From: a virus
Taxonomy: Duplodnaviria; Caudoviricetes
IMG/VR virus record: IMGVR_UViG_3300042465_001447
Span: 1-27,136 of that record
Direction: 5' to 3' (one strand)
DNA: 27,136 bases
Shown: in pieces, positions 6,792 through 13,719 of the stretch
How the letters are laid out: every line of letters begins with the position of its first letter
Position numbering within the stretch: the stretch's first letter is position 1
The notes under the pieces: model-generated
The model's database searches: none
The model's input: the letters and a program-made list of their open reading frames with translations, nothing else
What the model was told of the DNA's origin: nothing
Program-made: the position numbers and the translations under genes

Positions 6792-6955
6792 TTGACTTCT
6801 CCTATCTTTGCCCATGCGCATAGCACACAGTAGTTTCGGGGTGCTGTTCTATTTATATCTACAAGAATGTCAGTGCCACATGAGTGGCATGAATGTGTTT
6901 GGAACCTGGGTGTCAGGGGATAGTGTGCTTTTGTTATGAACTCTTTACTGTCCAT
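6788..6955 (-). CDS. small zinc-ribbon protein (55 aa)
   Basis: MDSKEFITKAHYPLTPRFQTHSCHSCGTDILVDINRTAPRNYCVLCAWAKIGEVK with CxxC...CxxC; AGGAGG upstream. Confidence 0.7.
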   Translation of the reverse strand: MDSKEFITKAHYPLTPRFQTHSCHSCGTDILVDINRTAPRNYCVLCAWAKIGEVK

Positions 6956-7149
6956 ACATCCTCCTTTGCTACATCTGGGTCTATGTAGTAGTAGTTACTG
7001 CGCGCCTGCTTTTCCGTTCTTAAAGCACGGCGCAGATTTGTATTCTCTTTCATTAACAACATGTTCTGCCTAATGGCTAGTGTAATAACTGCAATACTTG
7101 TAGTCAAGGCTATCAAGATTGCTAACATTGTCATGGAATCTAATAACAT
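6934..7149 (-). CDS. membrane-anchored coiled-coil protein (71 aa)
   Basis: N-terminal hydrophobic helix then LMKENTNLRRAL heptads; GAAAGG RBS. Confidence 0.75.
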   Translation of the reverse strand: MLLDSMTMLAILIALTTSIAVITLAIRQNMLLMKENTNLRRALRTEKQARSNYYYIDPDVAKEDVWTVKSS

Positions 7150-7212
7150 TTTGTTACCTTTCTGGTTAGATAATGAACTCGCTACTGTCCGTTGATGTTA
7201 CTGGCCCTGCTT

Positions 7213-7253
7213 AAAAAAGGGAAGGCAGGTGAGAGCCTAAGCCCCCACCTGCC
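7213..7253 (-). terminator. intrinsic terminator
   Basis: Minus strand GGCAGGTGGGGGC-TTAG-GCTCTCACCTGCC (13 bp, two G-U) followed by TTCCCTTTTTT, just after the stop at 7261. Confidence 0.8.
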
Positions 7254-7260
7254 TTTGTCT

Positions 7261-7575
7261 TTATGCTTGTGTAACTGCAGTTAGTACTACCTGCTTGAGA
7301 CCTGGCTTGCGGTCTTTGTTGTCAATGTTTGGGCGACGGTCCCATCGAGTGTTACCGATTCCCTCTGCGTTGATGTACGCGGTTTGGTCATCGAGCCAGT
7401 TGAGTGCTCGAAGTTCTGAGATTACCTTCTCGTCGAAGATAACTACTCGAGTGGAGTCAGAGCAAATCATGCGCCCTGTTGGTAGTTGTTCGTAGTCGTT
7501 GATGGTTGCTGTGTAGAAACCATTGCGGTCAACAACATTCTTGATAACGCTGTTCTTGAATGTGACTGTGTTCAT
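7261..7575 (-). CDS. putative OB-fold single-stranded nucleic-acid binding protein
   Basis: Beta-rich 104 aa protein; 'INAEGIGNTRWD...DRKPGLKQVVLTAV' parallels the last SSB strands. The ORF is secure, the function tentative. Confidence 0.55.
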   Translation of the reverse strand: MNTVTFKNSVIKNVVDRNGFYTATINDYEQLPTGRMICSDSTRVVIFDEKVISELRALNWLDDQTAYINAEGIGNTRWDRRPNIDNKDRKPGLKQVVLTAVTQA

Positions 7576-7607
7576 TTTGTTTCCTTTTCTGTTGGTAGTG
7601 TTGTTGT

Positions 7608-7644
7608 GCAGACCTGCTCCTGCACTTGTTCAGAGCAGGTCTGC
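7608..7644. other. perfect 12-bp inverted repeat between two early genes
   Basis: GCAGACCTGCTC-N13-GAGCAGGTCTGC. Confidence 0.75.
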
Positions 7645-7652
7645 TTGGTTTG

Positions 7653-8024
7653 TTAGTTACAACTTGGACATACAGCGTGCTTGTTGCATACCATTCGACA
7701 GTCTTGACAGACCATCTCATGTGGACCTAAGTCCACGACCAGTTCAAAGAACCTATCGGATAGGTTGGTGATAGGTTCAACGAACTCCTCGCGCTCAGCC
7801 TTTGGGTCATACCATGTGCCCAAAGTGGTGGGCGCTATCCACTCATGACCACTTGGCTCAGTGATGCTGTGCCATTGGTTAGGGTAGATAAGGTTGCCTT
7901 CATCTACCATGTCATGGGCGAAGTCAGTCGCCCGTGAGTCGCGTAGGTCTTGGCAGTCCACGCATAGTTCCATCTGAATCATGCACTGGTAGCATGGGTT
8001 GGAGACAGTCAGTTCATCAGACAT
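7653..8024 (-). CDS. Cys-rich, probably zinc-binding early protein
   Basis: CYQC..CVDC at the N-terminus and CQDC..CNKH..CPSC at the C-terminus; GAAAGGA RBS; first gene of the left arm. Confidence 0.8.
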   Translation of the reverse strand: MSDELTVSNPCYQCMIQMELCVDCQDLRDSRATDFAHDMVDEGNLIYPNQWHSITEPSGHEWIAPTTLGTWYDPKAEREEFVEPITNLSDRFFELVVDLGPHEMVCQDCRMVCNKHAVCPSCN

Positions 8025-8043
8025 TGGTCTTTCCTTTCTTTTG

Positions 8044-8502
8044 GGTTGGTGCTAGCCACCAATCTTTCGGGCTATTCGTAAATCGCCTTGTCACTCTACA
8101 CCTGTCTGCCGAATAGGCAGACGCTCAAGGTGGACAATTGGCAGGCTTGCCAATTTGACAAGTGCGATTACGATATGCCCGCGCCGTAGGCGCAACGGCC
8201 CAGAAAGTTCCGCGATTAGGCAAGGGCGCAATTAAGCATGGCAAACAGTGCTAGCCCCTAAAGGCTAGCCTGTGCAGACAGGCTATTGCGTTGGACGAAC
8301 AGCATGCACAGCGTGGCTTTAGACACGCTAGCATCGGCTGGCGTACCGACTGGTGAGGGGTTGACCATTGCCAAGGCTATAGAATTTCATTTATTAGCCA
8401 GCACTCTACAGTTATATTATAAACAGAACTGGGGGCGAGACATGGTCGAGCGGATAGACTACAGTCCAGCATCGCTCTGTACAGTATAGACACCTGTTCT
8501 GT
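8044..8502 (+). ncRNA. putative large structured non-coding element (RNA or ssDNA)
   Basis: Nested helices forming a three-way junction (8068-8181), a four-way junction (8226-8291) and further domains; wobble pairs favour the plus strand; no credible ORF. Confidence 0.5.
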
Positions 8503-8539
8503 CAGTACTGGGGGCAGATATTTCTGACCCTAGACTGTT

Positions 8540-8720
8540 TAAATCTCTAGTAAATTATATATAGTATCTCTACAAAAGATTTTCCCGTACAATCCCCATG
8601 CCCTGTTTAGGCTGTTATTTAATAGTTTTAATTAAATAAAAAGATTTTTGCCTTTGCACCGTTCGGAATGGCTGTTTGAACGGGTTAATACTATATAGAG
8701 ACTATTTCTTTTACTACCTA
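8540..8720. promoter_or_regulatory. AT-rich control region upstream of terminase (promoter, origin or packaging site candidate)
   Basis: Visibly AT-rich, with inverted repeats TTATTTAAT/ATTAAATAA (8615-8639) and TATATAGTAT/ATACTATATA (8558-8567, 8688-8697). Confidence 0.4.
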
Positions 8721-8806
8721 AGCAAGTTCTTCAGGAACTTGCGTTACAGACTGTATCTACTATCCGTTACTAACTGGTCTGTACTATATGCAGATGGGAC
8801 AGTTAC

Positions 8807-10693
8807 GTGACTTTTCAGAAGACTAATAACCCTCGTACCGCTATGGCGGCAGAGGCTAAAGCCAAAGTTTTGGCGCTGGTTTCTGAAGGTATGTCTGTGC
8901 ATAGGGCTATGGAACAAAATGGCAAAAAGCCAGACACTGTTCGCATTTGGTGTTTAAGAGACCCTGCCTTTGCTACCGCCCTTGCCGAGGCAAAGGAAAA
9001 CGCTAAAGAGCGTTCATTAAAAGCCATGGGCGTAGCCCGTGAAGATATTACCTTTCCTCAGTTCTCTGAGATGTTTTTGGACCAGCGGGTCTTTCCACAT
9101 CATATGGATTGGATTGACCTATTAGAGGGACGCGAGCCTTCGTGGCTGCATCCCAATATGATTTATGAACCAGGTAATCGGAACCGCCTTCTTTTAAACG
9201 TTCCCCCCGAGCACGCCAAATCAACCGTCATTACGGTTAACTACGCAACTTATCGCATCGCTCTCAATCCGAACGTCCGCATTATTGTGGTGTCAAAGAC
9301 CCTTATCAAAGCACGCGAGTTCGTGTACGCAATCAAGCAGAGATTATCTCACCCGCGCTGGCTCAAGTTACAAACAACCTTTGGGCCTGAAGGGGGATGG
9401 AAAGAAGACTCAGATACTTGGCGAGTTGATACGGTCTACCTTGGGAGTGATGCGAGAAACTCAAGTGAAAAAGACCCAACAATCCAGGCACTGGGTATGG
9501 GTGGGCAGATTTATGGTGCCCGCGCTGACCTGATTATCCTAGATGACTGCATAACTACCTCTAACGCTCACGAGCATGAGAAGCAGATTAACTGGTTGCA
9601 GAAGGAAGTTATTACCCGTCTGGGCAAAAATGGTAAGTTACTGGTGGTAGGTACCCGTATTGCGCCATCTGATTTTTATAAAGAACTCCGCGACCCTAAA
9701 CATTGGTCTGGTGGCAAGTCACCTTTCACATACATGGGTATGCCAGCCGTTCTTGAGTATGGGGATAAGCCAGCAGAGTGGGAAACCCTTTGGCCTGCAA
9801 GTGATATACCTTGGGATGGGGATGAAGATACGCCACCTGATGAGAATGGGTTATACCCTAAGTGGGATGGCGAAACGCTTTTCAAGCGTAGAAGCGAAGT
9901 AACACCAGCAACATGGGCGCTTGTTTACCAACAAGAAGATGTAGTTGAAGATTCAATCTTTCCACCTGAACTGGTGCAAGGTTCCATCAATGGTATGCGT
10001 AAGCGTGGACCGTTAAGACCAGGGGTTACAGGACATCCACCTCAAGTTGAGGGTTACACTATTGTGGGCTTTGACCCCGCTATGGCGGGTAACGCTGCAT
10101 TTGTGGCTATTACCTATAACAGAACAGATGGAAAGATTTATGTTCTGGATTGTTTAAACATGACAGAACCAACACCGCAAAAGATTAGGCAGGCCATTGA
10201 AGATTTTACGCTTCGGTATAAACCGCAAGAGTTCCGAGTTGAAATCAATGCCCACCAAAAAGCCTACTCCCTTGACGAAGAACTACGAACATGGCTCTCT
10301 TCACACGGCGTACGGCTTAATTCTCACTTTACAGGCAAGAACAAATGGGACACAAACTTCGGTGTGGCATCTATGTCAACACTCTTTGGCACTAGCCGTG
10401 AAGGCAAGTTCCAAAAGAACAACATTGTAGAATTACCTAGTACTGAAAACTCAGAAGGTTTAAAGGCGTTAGTCCAACAGTTAATTACTTGGAAGCCTGA
10501 TACCAGAGGTAAGACAGATACTGTTATGGCTTTATGGTTTGCGGTTATCCGCGCCCGTGAGTTTATGCAGCAAAATAGCAACATTGCTAGGTACGCAAAT
10601 AATCGTTGGGCTACTAGAGCACAGCAACATAAGCGTACATCAATTAACCTAGATGAAGCCGCATCCGAAATGTGGCAACAACAATACGGATAG
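8807..10693 (+). CDS. terL: terminase large subunit with N-terminal TerS-like HTH
   Basis: Walker A variant PPEHAKST, GARADLIILDD Walker B, VVGTR coupling motif, LVYQQE, nuclease GFDPA, VEINAHQ and DTVMALWFA. Confidence 0.95.
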   Translation: MTFQKTNNPRTAMAAEAKAKVLALVSEGMSVHRAMEQNGKKPDTVRIWCLRDPAFATALAEAKENAKERSLKAMGVAREDITFPQFSEMFLDQRVFPHHMDWIDLLEGREPSWLHPNMIYEPGNRNRLLLNVPPEHAKSTVITVNYATYRIALNPNVRIIVVSKTLIKAREFVYAIKQRLSHPRWLKLQTTFGPEGGWKEDSDTWRVDTVYLGSDARNSSEKDPTIQALGMGGQIYGARADLIILDDCITTSNAHEHEKQINWLQKEVITRLGKNGKLLVVGTRIAPSDFYKELRDPKHWSGGKSPFTYMGMPAVLEYGDKPAEWETLWPASDIPWDGDEDTPPDENGLYPKWDGETLFKRRSEVTPATWALVYQQEDVVEDSIFPPELVQGSINGMRKRGPLRPGVTGHPPQVEGYTIVGFDPAMAGNAAFVAITYNRTDGKIYVLDCLNMTEPTPQKIRQAIEDFTLRYKPQEFRVEINAHQKAYSLDEELRTWLSSHGVRLNSHFTGKNKWDTNFGVASMSTLFGTSREGKFQKNNIVELPSTENSEGLKALVQQLITWKPDTRGKTDTVMALWFAVIRAREFMQQNSNIARYANNRWATRAQQHKRTSINLDEAASEMWQQQYG

Positions 10694-10700
10694 GAAATAA

Positions 10701-12443
10701 ATGCTTTCGATAGAGCAGATTTCAGCGCGAGTTGAATCCTTAAGGGAACGCGCTGCTGAGCGTGATGCACGCCAACAAGATGTTCTTGCTGTCCGTAAAG
10801 GACAGATAGCAAGTGTTTACCCAGACTTTTTTCCGCAGGGTGTTGACGCTAATGTAGTTGCTAACTTTATTGACATTGTTGCCCGTGACCTATCAGAGGT
10901 AATGGCACCACTGCCATCTGTTAACTGTTCTGCTGCTAATCAAGCAAACGACCGTGCTCGCAAGTTTGCAGACACACGTACCCGTATTGCTAATAATTAT
11001 TTTGCAAACTCTGATTTGCAAGTACAGATGTATACAGGCGCAGACATGTACATCACATTTGGTTTCGTCCCTTTCATCATTGAATTAGACGAAGAAGCAG
11101 GGCTACCGCGTATCCGCGTAGAAAATCCAGTGGGGGCTTACCCAGAATTTGACCGCTACGGACGCTGTATCGCCTTTGCTAAGCGTTATTACTTAAGCAT
11201 TGGAGAACTCGCTTCAGAGTTTCCTGAGTATGCAAGAGAACTGCTTGGTCCAGAAATGTACAAGCAGGACCTTAACGCTCAACTAGAGATAATTCGTTAT
11301 TACGATGCACAACAATCTCTGTTGTTTGTTCCAGAAAAAAATAATCTAATTCTTTCTAGAGCGGCTAATCCGCTTGGCAAGATGATGGTTATTGTTGCTA
11401 AGCGTCCATCAGTTGATGGTGAGATGCGTGGACAGTTTGATGATGTACTTGGTATTCAATTGCTTCGTAATCGATTCGCATTACTTGCGATGGAAGCAGC
11501 AGAGAAGTCAGTACAGGCTCCAATTGTTCTACCAACAGATGTAACAGAACTTGAACTAGGTGGCGATGCAATTATTCGCACAGCCAACCCAGCAGGTGTA
11601 AGACGTGTAGACCTAAACATTCCGCCTGGTGCATTTACAGAACAGGCTTTGTTGCAGCAAGAACTACGCACAGGAACACGTTACCCAGAAGGACGTACTG
11701 GAAACATTGATGCTTCCATTATTACTGGTCAGGGTGTTCAAGCACTTATGGGTGGCTTTGATACACAGGTTAAATCTGCTCAGGCTATTTTTGCTTCTGC
11801 ATTACGAGATGTTATCTCTGTATGTTTTGAAGTAGATGAGAAGTTCTTTGATGTTGAAAAGACAATTCGTGGTGTAGATGCAGGTTCTCCTTACAGCCTT
11901 ACATACAAGCCAGGCAAGGACATTAAGAGCGACTTTACTGCCGATGTTCGATATGGCATGCTTGCTGGACTTAACCCAGCACAGGGACTTATTTTTATGT
12001 TACAAGCATTAGGTGGTGGATTGATTTCTACAGACCTAGCAATGCGTGAATTACCGTTTGGTATTAACGTAACACAAGAGCAAGAAAAAATTGAAATTGA
12101 AAATATGCGTAAAGCACTGGTTAGTTCTTTGCAGGCATATACACAAGCAATTCCACAAATGGCTGTACAAGGTGGGGACCCATCGGGCGTGGTAAAGAAA
12201 ATTGCTGGAGTTATTAAGGCTCGTCAACGTGGCATACCAGTAGAGGATGCGGTTGAAGAAGTCTTTGCCCCAGAATTACCTCCTGCTGGTGCACAGGTTG
12301 AGCAACCGTCCCCTGTTCCCGCCGCGCCAGCAGGAGGCGCACCTCAAGCACCACAAGGTCCAGCACCACTACAAAGTCTTTTAGCAAGTTTAACATCAGG
12401 CGGAGAAGCCTCAGCATCAGCAAGGACAGTTACGCGACGCTAA
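10701..12443 (+). CDS. portal protein (podovirus-type)
   Basis: 580 aa directly after terL, mixed helical/beta core, Pro/Ala/Gln-rich C-terminal tail. Confidence 0.85.
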   Translation: MLSIEQISARVESLRERAAERDARQQDVLAVRKGQIASVYPDFFPQGVDANVVANFIDIVARDLSEVMAPLPSVNCSAANQANDRARKFADTRTRIANNYFANSDLQVQMYTGADMYITFGFVPFIIELDEEAGLPRIRVENPVGAYPEFDRYGRCIAFAKRYYLSIGELASEFPEYARELLGPEMYKQDLNAQLEIIRYYDAQQSLLFVPEKNNLILSRAANPLGKMMVIVAKRPSVDGEMRGQFDDVLGIQLLRNRFALLAMEAAEKSVQAPIVLPTDVTELELGGDAIIRTANPAGVRRVDLNIPPGAFTEQALLQQELRTGTRYPEGRTGNIDASIITGQGVQALMGGFDTQVKSAQAIFASALRDVISVCFEVDEKFFDVEKTIRGVDAGSPYSLTYKPGKDIKSDFTADVRYGMLAGLNPAQGLIFMLQALGGGLISTDLAMRELPFGINVTQEQEKIEIENMRKALVSSLQAYTQAIPQMAVQGGDPSGVVKKIAGVIKARQRGIPVEDAVEEVFAPELPPAGAQVEQPSPVPAAPAGGAPQAPQGPAPLQSLLASLTSGGEASASARTVTRR

Positions 12444-12458
12444 CTTAAGGAGGGGACA

Positions 12459-13031
12459 ATGACAACGCTTGTAGCAATTCAAGGAAATGGTTGGGCAGCC
12501 GTTGGCTGTGACTCTCGTTCATCTGGTGATGATGGTCGCTTTATGGAATTAGCAACACATAAGATTATTGAAAACAACGGAATCTTAATTGCAGGTTCAG
12601 GCGCTAGTCGTGGTTCTAACATTTTGCAGTTTGGGTGGAAAGCCCCTAAGCCACGTGCTACAGATGACTTAGATGTGTTTATGACACAAACGTTTATACC
12701 AGCAATGCGTAAATTGTTTATTGATTCTGGTTATGACATGAAAGAGGACGGAGACGCAGCAGCACATGATTCGCAATTTCTTGTTGTCGTTCGTGGAGTT
12801 ATTTACCCTATCTTTGAAGATTATTCTTGGGACCGCGATGTTCGTGGTATCTATTGTTCTGGCAGTGGTGCTGACATTGCTCTCGGTGCCATTGAGGCTT
12901 TTGCTAATTCTAGAAAACAAACTACGCCGAAGGTGGCGGAACTAGATATTAGAATGGCAATTAAAATTGCATCTCGTTGGGACATTCATACGGCTGAACC
13001 AGTTGTAGTAAAAGTACAGAGTGCAAAATGA
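12459..13031 (+). CDS. Ntn-hydrolase, HslV/proteasome-beta-like peptidase
   Basis: N-terminal MTT, CDSR, HKI, IAGSG and SGSGADIALGA are the proteasome-beta/HslV catalytic motifs; AAGGAGG RBS. Confidence 0.88.
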   Translation: MTTLVAIQGNGWAAVGCDSRSSGDDGRFMELATHKIIENNGILIAGSGASRGSNILQFGWKAPKPRATDDLDVFMTQTFIPAMRKLFIDSGYDMKEDGDAAAHDSQFLVVVRGVIYPIFEDYSWDRDVRGIYCSGSGADIALGAIEAFANSRKQTTPKVAELDIRMAIKIASRWDIHTAEPVVVKVQSAK

Positions 13032-13294
13032 GTAAAGAGTTTAGAGACAAAATAGAAGAAGCATTACGAATCCTTGTAGAAGAGGATGAGAAGGGGACTG
13101 AGTTTATCTGCACTAACTGGTTAATTATAACCGAATGGGCAGACTACGAAGGGTCCCGATATTTACACACAGAAGTTAGCGATGCCATGACACCGTGGAA
13201 CGCATACGGCATGATGAAAATGGCACAAGAATACAACAGCGAAGTACTTGGTACTAAGCACGAACCTATTGAGCAAGAGGAGGATGAAGAGTGA
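13028..13294 (+). CDS. acidic hypothetical protein (88 aa)
   Basis: ATGA-coupled to the peptidase gene. Confidence 0.75.
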   Translation: MSKEFRDKIEEALRILVEEDEKGTEFICTNWLIITEWADYEGSRYLHTEVSDAMTPWNAYGMMKMAQEYNSEVLGTKHEPIEQEEDEE

Positions 13295-13719
13295 CAACTG
13301 CACCTATGGATAACCGTGGTGGGTATCGCCCAACAGCCCCTCAAAATAATCCAGCAAATGTTTCAGCAACTGGTGGCAATGGACAATCAGGCCGTGCTAC
13401 ACAACCTGCAAAGTATATTGCTGGCATGCCATACGGCGAAGGACAAGCAACCATGGAACAACAAATGGGTGCACCTATGCAGGGTACTGAGCAAGTTGGA
13501 ACTAGTCGTTTAGATATTACTCCATTAACTGCTGAAACAAAGTTTAAAGATGAACCAATTACTGCTGGTGCAGATTTTGGTCCTGGTCCTGATTCTAGCA
13601 TTTTAAATCTTCCTAGCACTGAGCAAACAATTCTTTCTGTTATTAGAAAGATTGCACAGCAAGACCCAACTGGTGACAGTGAATTAATTTATCGTATGCT
13701 AGAAGATAGTGGTGCTTAA
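13291..13719 (+). CDS. Gly/Pro-rich hypothetical virion-associated protein
   Basis: GTGA and TAATG overlaps; low-complexity N-terminus and helical C-terminus. Confidence 0.75.
   Translation: MTTAPMDNRGGYRPTAPQNNPANVSATGGNGQSGRATQPAKYIAGMPYGEGQATMEQQMGAPMQGTEQVGTSRLDITPLTAETKFKDEPITAGADFGPGPDSSILNLPSTEQTILSVIRKIAQQDPTGDSELIYRMLEDSGA

Noticed and set aside
8155-8185. Sigma-70 promoter from the perfect TTGACA
   Set aside because: No -10 hexamer at 16-19 nt spacing; TACGAT is only 8 nt away.
8226-8291. tRNA gene
   Set aside because: No TTC T-loop, no 7-nt anticodon loop and no CCA on either strand.
7934-8489. ORFs 7934..8116 and 8286..8489 as genes such as terS
   Set aside because: Weak starts, no RBS, no recognisable motif; the sequence is better explained by base pairing.
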